DNA of 64,000 bases from contig JAWQFM010000017.1 in assembly GCA_033442325.1 (NCBI GenBank), forward strand, positions 416,731 through 480,730, given 5' to 3'. Made by a program: the position numbers and the translations under genes. This document shows, piece after piece, positions 1-24,321 of the stretch (position 1 is its first letter; each line of letters opens with the position of its first letter). The DNA is from Salpingoeca rosetta. Taxonomy: Eukaryota; Protista; Choanoflagellata. The notes beneath the pieces were generated by a model, which saw nothing but the letters and a program-made list of their open reading frames with translations, did not search any database and was not told the origin of the DNA.

Positions 1-159
1 GTCAGCACAGTCATGTCAAGCCACACACGGACACAAATACACGTCCACACACATACACACACACACACACTTATTCCCACCATCACTGTATCTCCACTCA
101 CATTGCATTGTGCTGTTCATCCCTCTCCTTCCTTTCCCTCATTCCCTCGTCTTCGATAG

Positions 160-441
160 GCGCGCCACCCGAAGCTGCTGAAGCAGGTGATCCAGGTTGT
201 GCAGTCTGAGTTCTTCCCTCAGATCCGGCTGTGCACGAGCAGCGGACACGTGCACGTGCGCACAGACAACGAGATCTTCTTCGCCCACAAGAAGGCGCTG
301 AAAATGGCCATTTGCCTCCTCAGCGAACGCGGCTTTGAGGTGAGCAACAGATGCATTGTGCTTGCACGTGTCTCAATCCTGCAACTGCTTCGAACCGCCA
401 CACGCACATCTGCACACGCATGTGGCAAAGACACACAAACA

Positions 442-507
<66 letters not shown>

Positions 508-679
508 CACTCACACACACACACATACACACACACACACACACACCACGCCACAGGTGTCTGTGAGCCGGGAGAGCGAGCGCGAATATCACAGCGTCGA
601 TCCCGACACACACGAGCTGCTCTATGACGTGAAGCAGTCGTATGTGTTTGAGATTGGTTTCCCAAAGGCAACCATGTAA
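160..679 (+). CDS. 3' end (last two exons, 160-339 and 557-679) of a gene; C-terminus resembles the extension of atypical adenylate-kinase-like proteins
   Basis: AG/GT-bounded exons splice in frame to ARHPKLLKQVIQVVQSEFFPQIRLCTSSGHVHVRTDNEIFFAHKKALKMAICLLSERGFE|VSVSRESEREYHSVDPDTHELLYDVKQSYVFEIGFPKATM*. The family call is a recalled resemblance only; the catalytic part lies upstream of the window. Confidence 0.5.
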
Positions 680-755
680 TTGCTGCCTCAGCAATCAACC
701 TTCTTGCAGAAGTGCAAAATTGCCCGAATGAACCCCCCCCCCACCACCACCACCA

Positions 756-831
<76 letters not shown>

Positions 832-1389
832 CTCCCATGTTGACGTTGAGTACCTGACGATACATGCACGCGCACACGCACACAGTAAAGGCACTTGAGT
901 TGTTGTTCGTGTCAGTCTTGATCGTGTTTCCTCGACACCGTTTCGTGTTCACTCCTGCCCGTCCCGTCGTTGCGCGTGTTGTCTGGTTCCTGCATGTCTG
1001 TTTTTGTTGTCTGTGTTGTTGTTGTTTTCTGTTGCCTATCGACACACTTGATTGCAGCACACCACAGCACCGCGGTGTCGTTGTGCTTTTGCAAGTGCTA
1101 CTGAACCCCCGAATAGTTGACTTCTCCCGCCTTGTTCCTTTTTGCGTCAGTTCACTGACGGTGCAGGTTTGCTGCTTGCTTCCCTTTGCCAAGCCAGTTG
1201 TTGGTTTCGTTTTGTTGTTGCTTTATGTGTGTGGAGGATTGATTGAACCCAAACAAGGCCCATGCGTTGTTGTCAGCAGCAGACAGACAGACAGACAGAG
1301 CATGGCGGCTGATGCATGCAAGCAACAGACGCAATCAACCACACGCGTGAACACAGGGCGGTTATGTGGTGGAAGGGAAGAGGAAAAGC

Positions 1390-1427
<38 letters not shown>

Positions 1428-1720
1428 AACAAGCAGCGCATTGGCATGGGAGAGTGGCGGTGGTGTCAGCGCAGAGTAACAACAAACCGCAAACACGTGA
1501 AAGAGACATGACACGAAATAGAGGAGGAGAGGGAGGGAGAGGAGGAGGAGGAGGACAAGAAAAGAAGGGTGATGTCACACCAGCAAGCACGCACGTACGC
1601 AAGCAAGCCGTTGGTTCAGACGTTGCCTGCAAGCACACAGCGTTCACCGACACGTGACATGATGCACGCTGCAGCAAGAAAAGACACAATGTGGCGTGCT
1701 TTGTTGATCCGTGACAGCGC

Positions 1721-5846
<4,126 letters not shown>

Positions 5847-6291
5847 TCTTGGTGGTGGTGGTGTTGTTGTTGTTGTTTGTTGTTGTTGTTGTTGTTGTTT
5901 GTTGTTGTTGTTTTGACAAGGCGTGCAACAGCAGGCTGGCCGGCTGGTGGAGAAGAGTGTTTGATGTGAGTGTCAGCGACAGTGGGACGGCGGGTGAATG
6001 ATGACGACGATTGAAGCGATGTGCGGGAGTGAGAGAGGGATGGCAGCGCGCAGTGAACGGAGAGAGAGAAATGCAAACAAAACACCAACCAACCACTTCA
6101 GAACCATGAGCAAGAGAGCAAGCAAGAAGCGTTCGTTCGTTCCGTTCACTGACGAGTTCTGATGGCGATGGAAAGGGAGGACGGCACAATCAGTGAAAAG
6201 GGAAAAATTGACTTTCGCCAAAGGCAAAATTGACCACGGCGCAGCGGATACAACCACACGGCAAAGTGGAGCAAAGAAGACATCGCTCACG

Positions 6292-6322
<31 letters not shown>

Positions 6323-6391
6323 CACACACACAGACACACACACACACACACACAGACACACACACACGCACACACAGAGACACAGTTGAGG

Positions 6392-7701
6392 ATGGGGTTG
6401 CGGTTCTTCTTGCTTGTGAACAAGCAAGGGCAGACGCGTGTTGCACAGTACTACCAGTACCGCGATGTGGAGACCAGGGTGACAAACGAGGCGGAGATTA
6501 TCAGAAAATGCCTCGCACGGACAGAGAAACAGGTCCGCCAACACCTTGCTTGTAATTGTGTGTGCGGGGGAATGTGTACGCTGCTGCTTCTCGTGCTTGT
6601 GCTTGTGCTCTTGCTTGTGCTCTTGCTTGCGTGTGTTGATGTTTGTTCACCAACGTACATCGTGTGCTGTGTGTTTGGTTTTGTAGTGCTCGTTCATGGA
6701 GTATCGGGGCTTCAAGCTCATCTTCCGACGATACGCTTCGCTCTACTTCATCGTTGGCGCCGACAACGACGAGGTGCGTTGTCACTGCGATGTTGACGTT
6801 GTTGTGTTGTGCTGTCACACACGTCCGATCGTTGCACGTGGTTGAGTGGTTGCTGCGCAGTTGAGTGGTTGTTGCGCAGTTGAGTGGTTGTTGCTGCACC
6901 AGATTCACCCGCTTTTTTTTTTTGTTGCACCCCTTGACACTCCAGAACGAGCTGGCCATTCTGGAGTTTATTCACATGGTTGTGGAGACGATGGACCAGT
7001 ACTTTGAGGGCGTGGTAAGGGATGTGATCTGTGGCTCTGGGCGTGCGACTGTAGTTGTGGGCGTGTGGCTATCGTTGTGCGTATTCAACTGTGCCTGTTT
7101 TGCTGCTGCTGTGTTTGACGCACATGTGTGCGTTTGTGTGTGGAATGCTGCACCTTTGTTTGCTGCGTGTTACCCCATTACACGCACTGACCGTCTGGCT
7201 TTGTGGGTGCACATCGGTTTGGGCACCATTCCATGGGCCGATTCGGGACCACCAGTGCGAACTTGATGTAAGTTGTAGTGCTGCACTCGCATGTGATGGT
7301 GGTTCAGCGAGAGCTGCGCAGTATTTGTGCGTGTGTGTGTGTGCGTGTGCGCGCGCGTGTGTGTGTGTGTATGCACGCGCCTGTGTGTGTGCGTGTGTGT
7401 GTGTGCGCGCGCGCGCGTGTGTGTGTGTATGTGTGTGTGTGTGTGTGTAGTTTCTCTTTGTGGTGTGCATTCGTTTGCAGTGTGTTGGTTGCGTGGTATG
7501 CTCTTTTTTGTGCGAATGCGCTCTCCCCCTCCCCCGCTGACTTTGTTCTCATGACCACATGTGCAGATTATGTTCAACATTGACAAGGCGCACTTCATCC
7601 TGGACGAGATGATTGCCAACGGAGAGATTGTGGAGACAAACAAGACACGCATCATTGCTCCCATCAGGGTCATTGACAAAGTCGACAAGCTCAGCAGCTG
7701 A
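6392..7701 (+). CDS. AP4S1: AP-4 adaptor complex sigma subunit; exons 6392-6532, 6687-6773, 6946-7014, 7256-7267, 7567-7701 (147 aa)
   Basis: [21 protein letters not shown]...[12 protein letters not shown]...[23 protein letters not shown]|CELD|[26 protein letters not shown]. The VNKQGQTR signature fits sigma-4. Confidence 0.9.
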
Positions 7702-8533
7702 ACTCTTTGCACGCGTCATCGCTTTGCTTTGCTTGTTGTATGCGTGATTGTATTGGTGTGTGTGTGTTTGTGTGTGTATTGTCTGGAATGTGTGTGTGTG
7801 TGTGTTTTGCTTGTATGCGTGATTGTATTTGTGTGTGTCATGTGTGTAATGTGAGTGTGTGTGTGTTGAATGTGTGTGTGTGTGTGTGTGGTTGTGTGAT
7901 TTACTGTGATTGCGTGGGTGTTGTGGAATTGTTGTGTTATTGCGAGTGTGTTGTGTGTTGTTTTGCTGCAACTCGATTTCACATCCTGTCGCATGTTGAT
8001 TCCACGTTGTGCCCCTCTGCCTTTACCACACCCTTTGTCTTCCCTCATCCTCATCCTTCACTTCCGACGCTCTCGCCCTGCACTGGTGTTCACGTTACGG
8101 TCTAGCTGATAGATGGTGTAATCAACGCCTGCTCCACCTCTCTTTCGTGTCTCTCAGCAATACACACCACGCGGGCCCTTACAGCTCAGTCAAACACACA
8201 TACAAGGCAGCGCGAGACAGAGAGACGGAGAGACAGGGACAGACAGACTAAGACACACACACACACACACACACACACACGATGGCACTCGCCCAGACTT
8301 TGCACGGCAGACCGCTGTTGCGGTGTATGTAACAAGCTAGCAAGCAAGGCAATCAGTCATGATGACAGACAAATCAAACAAGCAAGCAACAAGCGGAGGG
8401 GAGAAGGCAACAAGTTGGAGACGACGGCAGCAGCAGTCGAGGACGAGAAAAGGGAATTAGGGAAGCAGAGGAACAGGCAAACATGGGTACGACGGTGTGG
8501 ACAGTCATTGCGACGGGTCAATTATCTTGGGTG

Positions 8534-10374
<1,841 letters not shown>

Positions 10375-11384
10375 GGCTGTTGGTGTGCTCGGTGTGGTGC
10401 GTGGTGCGTGTGCTTGATGCTGGTGGATGTGGTGTGCTGGATGCTTGTGCTGCTGCTGTCGCTTGTCTTTGCTGCTTGTGCTTCTTTCCCTTTGCTTCTT
10501 CCCACACACGTGTGTTTGTGACGCTGAATTCAGGCTTTGGTGGCTTGTCAAGGTCGAAATTGACGTGGGCCACGAGACAAAGGCAAGTTTGACCTTGTCA
10601 ACTTTGACAGCTCCCCACACATGCGAGCGAAAAGAGGGTGGTGTGTGGCGCAGAAATTATCGCCACTGCCTTTTTCTCCGCACGCAGCCGACAGCCACCC
10701 TTCTCCCCTTGCTTCCAACACAGGTGCGTGTGCGTGGTGTGGCAGCAGCGGATATGAGGAGATGAGACGTGCTAGATGATGTGCACGCGTGTGTGTGCAC
10801 GCCGGCGTGAGCAAGCCGCAGCTCGCCCACGGGCTGCCTGTGCACACACGAGCACAGTTGCGCCAGATGTGATAGCGTTGTGGTGTGCGTGCGCGTGTGC
10901 GTGCGCGTGTATGCGCCAATGCAACCACACGTGAAGCAAGGCAGATGAAACGAGAGACATGATGGCGTGATTGATGCCGCAGCCAGCGGATGAGGAGAGC
11001 AAGCAGCGTGCACGCGACAGCGGTGGTGGTGGATGGAGCGGGAAGATGTGTGAACAGATCAGCCGCAGGTGTGCCCACTAGACTTACACCATTAGCAGCA
11101 GCCATGTCAGGAGCATGATGACCACCACTCCAGCACTTTTCCAGCCACACACATACACATACACCACGTGCACACATGAAGAAGACCTGCATCGCAGCTC
11201 TGCACGACACGCACTCACGCGCGTTTGGATCAGCATCAGCTCTCAACACACATCAGAGAGGACGGGGCTGTCTGTGGCACAGTTGTAGTCTTGTATCATC
11301 TGTCTTCCACAGCACATCACGTGCGCCTCGTTTTCGCTCACACATTTCTCCCACCACTACTCCGTTCCTCGCTCCGTGCTTTAC

Positions 11385-11450
11385 CTTGTCTCTGCCTGCG
11401 CCCCCTCTTCTTCTCTTCTCCCTTTCCTTCTGTTCTCTCTCCTCCCTTGT
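11385..11450 (+). promoter_or_regulatory. Pyrimidine-rich tract just upstream of the RPL18 ATG (possible TOP-like 5' leader)
   Basis: A ~60 nt almost pure C/T tract ends about 20 nt before the ATG. The transcription start site is unknown. Confidence 0.3.
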
Positions 11451-11467
11451 TGCCAACCACAGCCGAC

Positions 11468-13105
11468 ATGGGTAAGGACATCTGCCACAAGCACGACAGG
11501 AAGAGGCGCCGCACCGCGCCCGTGTCGGAGGACCCCTACCTCCGCCTCCTCGTCCAGCTGTACCGCTTCCTTGTTCGCCGTACCAACTCCAGCTTCAACA
11601 AGGTACTGGGCACCGTCGCGTTTGAGTGTGCGTGTGCGCGTGTGTAAGGAGGGGCGTACGCACTATTCGAAAGTAGTGTTGGAGAGTGCCAAAGAGAGAG
11701 AGAGTGTGTGTGTGTGTGCTGGAGTGTGTGTGTGTGTGTTTGCATGCGTTCGTGCGAAGCGAGTCATGCACGCGTAAGTGGAGTGGTCCGCCTTTACTGA
11801 ACAGCAACCACACCGTCAGCTCTTAGGCACCTGTCGCCCTTGTTGTTCATCCTTTTGCAGCCAGCTGCTCACTTTTCGTTGCTGTGCAATGCTCGTGGCT
11901 CTGTCAACAGGTTGTGCTGAAGCGCATGTTCATGAGCAAGATCCACCGCCCACCAATGTCGCTGTCCCGCATCGTCCAGAACATGAAGGGCCGTGAGCAG
12001 CTCATTGCCGTCATTGTCGGCACTGTCACAGATGATCCTCGTATGCTCGAGGTGCGTGATGGCGGTTGTTGCGATTCTCGTTGCGGTTACTGCTTTGGTA
12101 TTGTGTTTGGGCTTGGGCTTGCTGAAGCCACGTGACAGCGCATGCGTGTCTGTGGTGTATGTTGTGGCTGTCGGTTGTTGTCGTTCGTGGATGTTGCCGC
12201 TTCTCTGTGCTGCTTTCATCGTACATGCACTTGTTCCGCCATGACCATCCATCTCCCCTTTACCTTCCTTTCTCACGCTCCTGTCACCTCAACTCTTCCT
12301 ACGTCCCACTCCCACCTCTCGTCATGCCCACAGCTCCCCAAGCTGACCGTGTGCGCTCTTCGCTTCAGCGAGACCGCCCGCAAGCGCATCCTTGCTGCCG
12401 GTGGCGAGTGCCTCACATTCGACCAGCTTGCTCTCCGCTCCCCCAAGGGCCAGAACACCGTCCTCATGCAGGGTGCGTCTGTATATGTCTGGGTTGATAG
12501 TTTTGCATTTGTGTGTGTGTGTGTGTTGATGCGTGTAGATGAGCGTGTTTTTGGTGTTTCAAAGTGTCGAGTGTGTGCCGGTCGTCTTCCCGCTCGTTGT
12601 CCTTTAGTGAAGCCGCATGTGCCCCCCCCCCCCCCACATAAACCCACTCACTATTGTTACTCACACAATCCATCTGTTGTCGTTTCTTTGCTCTGCCTGT
12701 GCCTTAGGTCCCCGCAAGGCTCGCGAGGCCGTCAAGCACTTTGGCCGTGCCCCTGGTCTCCCCGGCAGCCACGCTCGCCCTTACGTCCGCGCCAAGGGTG
12801 CGTTGATTGTTGATTGTGATGAGCGTGTGCATTTGTGTTTGGTTTGGTGTGCCGCTTTTTTGTGTGTGTGTGTGAGTGTGTGTACTTTCGTTGCTTGTGT
12901 GTGTGAGTGTGTACTTTCGTTGCTTGGTGGGCTTGGCTTTCGTCAGCTCTCTCCCTGCCTCCCTTTGCCTGCTGCTCTTCTTTTGAACACTGACACTCAC
13001 ACGCCTCTTACATGCAACTCCAACCACCCTCTGTCATTACCACCACCAGGCCGCAAGTTCGAGAAGGCGCGTGGTCGCCGTACCTCCCGTGGCTTCAGGG
13101 CTTAA
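11468..13105 (+). CDS. RPL18: 60S ribosomal protein L18 (eL18); exons 11468-11602, 11911-12051, 12334-12472, 12708-12797, 13050-13105
   Basis: [39 protein letters not shown]...[18 protein letters not shown]...[20 protein letters not shown]...[27 protein letters not shown]. Confidence 0.97.
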
Positions 13106-13603
13106 AGAAGAAGCTCGCGGGGCTGCGTCTGGAAAGTGTACTTGGCTCGTTGGTTCATGGGGTGTGGTCGTTGGTTCCATCGTCTCTTTACGTGTCTTTG
13201 TTGTGGTGGTGGTAGTGCTGTATGCATTGCGCCACATTGCATGCACGTGTTTGGTGATGCCGTGCCGCCCACACCCGTTTTGTTCTCGACAAATATAAAG
13301 CGAACACCAAGCAACACGCAAGTTGTGGCAAAGAGAAAGAGGGAGAGAGTGTGTGTGTGTGTTTGAATGCGAACAAGTGACGAGTGATGTGTTTGAATGC
13401 AAACAAGTGACGAGTGCTTGTGTTAGCCTGCGACAGCAAACAAGCAACATGCTGGGTACTGTAATGATGATTGACATCAGAAGAGAAGTAACAATGTAAG
13501 CACACGGAGAGAGAGAGAGAGAGCCAGACACGCACACACACAACACACCTCACACACGCGCACGTACACTCACACTGACCCACCTGCCCATTTGCCCGTG
13601 CCG

Positions 13604-13702
13604 CCGCCAAAGGCTTGAAAACTTTGTTGGCGCGCATTGCCAACGAAAATTGATGAAAAATAAGCGCCAATATTCAGCAACCGGTTGGAGGTTGGCGCGA
13701 GA
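13604..13702. promoter_or_regulatory. Cluster of four E2F-like sites upstream of the cyclin-like gene
   Basis: CCGCCAAA 13604-13611 (TTTGGCGG on -), TTGGCGCGC 13627-13635, GCGCCAA 13664-13670, TTGGCGCGAGA 13692-13702. Confidence 0.35.
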
Positions 13703-15116
13703 TTTGGCCGTTACGCCGCGCAGATTTCGCAGACGCCAGCCAGCCAGCCCAGCATTCTTCTCCTTTGTTTTTCCAGCACTTGCCAGTGGTTACAAGCAAG
13801 CGGCACTGGTTGCAACCCATCCACACGCACCACGCACCGCAACCGGTGGATCGTGCGCATTCCTTCCCCTTCTCCCTCTTTTGCACCCCCACGTGCATGA
13901 GAGGGGCTCATTTACCCCACCACCCTTCCAAAGAGAAGCTCGCTGTGTGTGCCCACAGTCGCCAAGCCAAGCAAGTAAGCGAATACCAAAAACCACTGAG
14001 ATCACTACCTCCCCTCTCTGCCATCGACACCTGCTCTTGTCTCTTGCTCGCAAGAACAAGGCAGTGTTGCGCACTGAGCTGGTAGCTGCATCATTGACGT
14101 GTGAGGCGATACCAAAACAAGGCTGTGTTTGAGTGAGCGAGTCGGAGTATACTTGATTCAGGGCGTGTCGAAAGACCAAAGAGCTCACTGTCCCCTGAGA
14201 AAGACGCTTGAAACGCACATCCACCCCACACGCCTAGCTCGCTAGCTGTTGTGGACGGTGTTGCTTTGTCTGGAGGGGTTTTCATCTGTTGCACGAGAAC
14301 CGATATCGAGGGATCCTCGCAAGAAGAACCCTCTCCCCTTCCATTTTCAACGCGCGCTGAGAGTCGCACGTTCCATTGTTCGCATCATCATCACAACTCA
14401 TCATCTGCGGTTTTTCCCCCCATCCGCGTTTGTTCCCTCTCCCTTCTTACCCTGCCTCCACCTTTCCAACCTCCCCTTCACAACCAAGCGCCCACTGCTT
14501 GCTTCACACGCGCGAGCGTGCTGAACCTGCTGTTGGAGTGTGTGTGCGGCGGCGACGGCGGTGGCCACCTGTCTTGTTTGAGCAACTCCCCCTGTTCTTT
14601 CCTTCCTTTCGATCGAAACAGGGCCAAACTCTCTCAAACCTCGACGGTTCTCAGCGAAACACAGCATCCCCTTAGATCAGGGCACCAGCAGAGCTACCTC
14701 TTCTAACCCTCTCTCATCACCGAGCCACTCTCACCCACCATCACCTTTCCCCCTTTACACCAATTTTCAGGTTGCACAACACACCCACATTGCACCAACA
14801 CCCACACCACTGGTCACACATCTCCTTTATCACACGTTGCACAAGCACCAACCACGACCATTGCTTCTTGCGACCTGCTTGCATCATCGCATCCCACCCG
14901 ACACGACGAATTTTTCCTCGCTCCTGTCCGGATCGGAACAACAGACAGCAACAAAGGACCAAGTTCATCAAGTTCATCAGCAGCAGCACCCCAGGCTCGT
15001 CCAAACAAGTTTCTTTGATCACATCAACGCATCACTCCTTTCCCGTGGGCAGCCAGTTGGTTAATTCGCGGCAGTCTCATTTCCCTCGACGCAACAGCAG
15101 CCCACACCCACCAGCC

Positions 15117-16454
15117 ATGACGCTTCAGGAAGATACCCTGACCAACCGCATCTCCGCCGTGAACTCGCCGGCGTCGTTTGTTACAGGTCCACTGGACCCA
15201 GCACCCAAGCCCCACCACAACACAACCGTCACTGCCTCAACAACAGCAACACAGCAGCAAAAGACACAACAACAACAGCGGCCGCTATGGACGCCTCACG
15301 CATACTTCACACAGCGCGCCATCTCTGTTGACGACCGCGACCGCGCCTGCGCCGCCATGCAGCGCATCTGCAGCGCCCTCAGCCTCCCTCCCGCCGTCTC
15401 GGGCACCAGCTGCCTCCTGTTCGACCTGGTGCTCTCCAGCATCGAAGTCAAGGCGCAGCTCGTGCGCATCGTCTCCGTGGCCTGTGTGCGGCTGGCCGCC
15501 ACCATGGAGCTCGGCGAGGACGCCCTCAGCGACGACGCACTGCTCCGTGCTGCTGCAGCCAAGTTCTCGTCAAAGGACCTACAGCGCATGGCGCGTCTCC
15601 TCACATCCAAGCTCCCTCCGCGGGCACAGCTTCCCCTCACAGCACACCACCTCATTGGCGATCTCGTGGCCGTCCTCGACCTCACCTCCTGCCTGAAGCC
15701 CCTGCGACAGCGCCGCCGCCGCAGCAAGCTCCAGCCACCGGGCGTGTCGGTTCTCCCCGCCATCCCGGAGGACGACGTGGTCGTGGACTTTGGTGCAGAC
15801 ACAGACTGCACCGCTAGCACCAGCGCCCTCGCCTCGCTGCACCACCAGGCGCAACAAGAAACCGAACAACAGCAACAGGCACAAGTTGTCGTTGACGTGG
15901 AAGCCCACCGCCAGCGTGTACTGGACATGGCCATGGCAAAGGCAGCCACGTACGGCCTGGCGTACAGCAACGTGTCCACGTGCTCCATCATTGCGTATGC
16001 GGTTGGCTGTGTTGCCAGCGCCCTGCACACGGAGTTTGGCCTCCGCGCACACGCCGTTGTCACTGCGCTTGAGACAGCCTCCAACGTCTCCAGCGAGGAG
16101 CTCAAGCAGGCCTCGTGGCTGCGCTGCCTCACAGAGGGCCAACAGTCGTCCACAGCCACTGCGCCGCCGTCATCGCCGTCGCCTCAGCAGACTGCACCCC
16201 CTCAGTCGCCAACAGCGGTGGTACCGCGCTCTCCCGTGTCGCCGCCATCATCTGCAGCGCCATCCCAGCACCAGCGGCCACCATCGCGTCTGTCGCCGTC
16301 CAGGCTGCTGTGCCGTCCATCCAACCCGACAACGTCGTCGTCGTCGTCGTCGTCACAGTCGTTGCCTTGTGCACCGTGCTCGCCGTCGTCATCGCCTCCG
16401 CTGCGTCACAGGAGGGCGCAGCTTGGACACAGAGGCTCATTTCGAAAAGTATGA
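15117..16454 (+). CDS. Intronless cyclin-fold protein, most like cyclin G/I, with a Ser/Pro-rich tail
   Basis: ATG in GCCATGA context. Cyclin-box pattern DRDRACAAMQRICSALSLPP...LFDLVLSSIEVKAQLVRIVSVACVRLAATME...KFSSKDLQRMARLLTSKL...TAHHLI resembles the cyclin G/I N-terminal box. Confidence 0.7.
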   Translation: MTLQEDTLTNRISAVNSPASFVTGPLDPAPKPHHNTTVTASTTATQQQKTQQQQRPLWTPHAYFTQRAISVDDRDRACAAMQRICSALSLPPAVSGTSCLLFDLVLSSIEVKAQLVRIVSVACVRLAATMELGEDALSDDALLRAAAAKFSSKDLQRMARLLTSKLPPRAQLPLTAHHLIGDLVAVLDLTSCLKPLRQRRRRSKLQPPGVSVLPAIPEDDVVVDFGADTDCTASTSALASLHHQAQQETEQQQQAQVVVDVEAHRQRVLDMAMAKAATYGLAYSNVSTCSIIAYAVGCVASALHTEFGLRAHAVVTALETASNVSSEELKQASWLRCLTEGQQSSTATAPPSSPSPQQTAPPQSPTAVVPRSPVSPPSSAAPSQHQRPPSRLSPSRLLCRPSNPTTSSSSSSSQSLPCAPCSPSSSPPLRHRRAQLGHRGSFRKV

Positions 16455-17283
16455 TATGATGGCTTCAACCTCAAGTTTTCCCTCTCCCGTCACCTGTTAC
16501 CGGTGTTCACGTCCCTTTATCTCTCCGTGACTGTGACAAAACTGTCGACTTCCTTGTTCTGTGTGGAGTCCTTTACATTGCAACGAACCATGTCTTGTAC
16601 GTGCTCGTTGTCCTTCCTTTTATTGATATCTGTACGGTGTTAACGTCTCATTTTCTCCCTCTTTAACCCCAACACGGTGCACGCTGCTTCTTGTTGTAGC
16701 TGTGAGCGATTGCGCCTTATTTGCCACGTGTGTGTATGCGTACGTGTTTTATCTTCTTGTGTGTGTCGTCGCGTGATGTGCGCGTGCGCGTGCGGTTGTT
16801 TGCTCTTGCGCTGCCTTGTTCTTGTCAGCAGCGGCAGGTGTTCAACGGGCGTTCACGCGTCACCCGTGATTACCACTTCGTCATGCCATGCATGTATTGT
16901 GTGTTTCTCAGTCGAGTGTGTGCTCCCTGTGTTGTGATTGATGAATTGTAGGGAGGAGTTGATGGTGTGCTTGTGTGCTTTGCACTTGAATGGATGTCAG
17001 TGTTGCACCTCCATCAGCGCCCTGTCCCTGTGCTTCTTGTCACTCGCACTGTTTTGCGCCACTCTTGGACACATATATTATCCCCAAGCTGTGACGAGCG
17101 CCATCATGAGCGTGCTCTGAGCAGGGAACCCAGCAAATAAATGAAACCATCTGCCACCGTGACTGATGAGCCAGTGGGGTGAGGGGGCAAGTGGAGTCAA
17201 AGGACAGGTCAAGGTCTCATCTCTCACATCGCACCAGCATCAACAAAATTCCGGAACACTCTTCTTGCTTCATGGCAACAAGA

Positions 17284-22046
<4,763 letters not shown>

Positions 22047-22231
22047 AGACGTCTGTCTGTCTGTCTGTCTGTCTCTGTGTGTGTGCATTGAGCCCTAATT
22101 AAATGACCATCGAATCGCGAAGGATTGCTGTCCTTTTGCCCTCATTTCGCATCATCCCCATCGCCAATACAAACAACTGCACCACTGCACAACACTGTCC
22201 TGCTGCACTGTGACGACTTGTGATACGTACT

Positions 22232-23570
<1,339 letters not shown>

Positions 23571-24116
23571 ACACACACGCGCGCACATGATGAATGGGCT
23601 GGGGAGTGATCAGCGGTGGAATTAGAGCGCCAATGCGACACGCAATGCTTTGATTGTCACCATCGTCGTCATCGTCACCCTCATTGGCCTCATTAGCCTG
23701 CATGAATGGCGTTGACATCACACCAACCATCACCCCTGTCTCAAGCTGCCCCTTTCGTGCCAGTCAGAGGTGCAAGTTTCGTTATTCATCTTCACACCAC
23801 ACGTCTGTGACAACCAAAGTAAACGATAAATGTTGCCGCGCGTGACAAGTGAAACGATATTAAAGACATGTGCAAAGGGGTACATGGGGCACACGGGTGG
23901 TGTGTGCATGATGTGCGAGGTGCAATGAATGGCAAAGGGGGGATGAAGCAAGCTGCGTGGATATGTACACAGATGAGAGAGAACAGGAATCGATTGCACG
24001 AGAGAGCCAAGCCAAAGCCACGATCGAGCCGAGTGCAGTAAACTGGCGGGCATGAGAGAGATAGTGTGTGTGTGTGTGTGCGTGCGTGTCTGCACATCTG
24101 TATGTGTGCGTGAATG

Positions 24117-24287
24117 CTACAATTCGACGTCAAAGGAGATGCCATCGTATCCCATGTGGATGTTGAGGTCTTCTCCATCGTCAACAACGCTGCACAGCGC
24201 CTGGTCAAACGTGTTGTAGTCAAACTGCACGTGCACATGTGCACATGCGCATGTGTGTGTGCGTGTGCATGTGTGTGCATATGTGCA

Positions 24288-24321
<34 letters not shown>

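Noticed and set aside
695-1511. ORFs 695-1192 (-) and 864-1511 (+) between the first gene and GPI
   Set aside because: No recognisable motifs and no consistent splice structure; probably 3' UTR or intergenic sequence.
13463-13580. Possible C/D snoRNA (ATGATGA ... CTGA) downstream of RPL18
   Set aside because: The interval is filled with GA/CA repeats, and I found no terminal stem or rRNA antisense element.
14772-15116. N-terminal extensions of the ORF-track calls for the cyclin, the Pro-rich proteins (54369-54890, 54872-55246) and the TIR gene (61435-61593)
   Set aside because: They start at non-ATG codons or lie upstream of a better-context ATG and look like UTR sequence; downstream ATGs were used instead.
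17163-17215. CTGATGAG hammerhead-ribozyme-like core
   Set aside because: No downstream GAAA with the required flanking stems.
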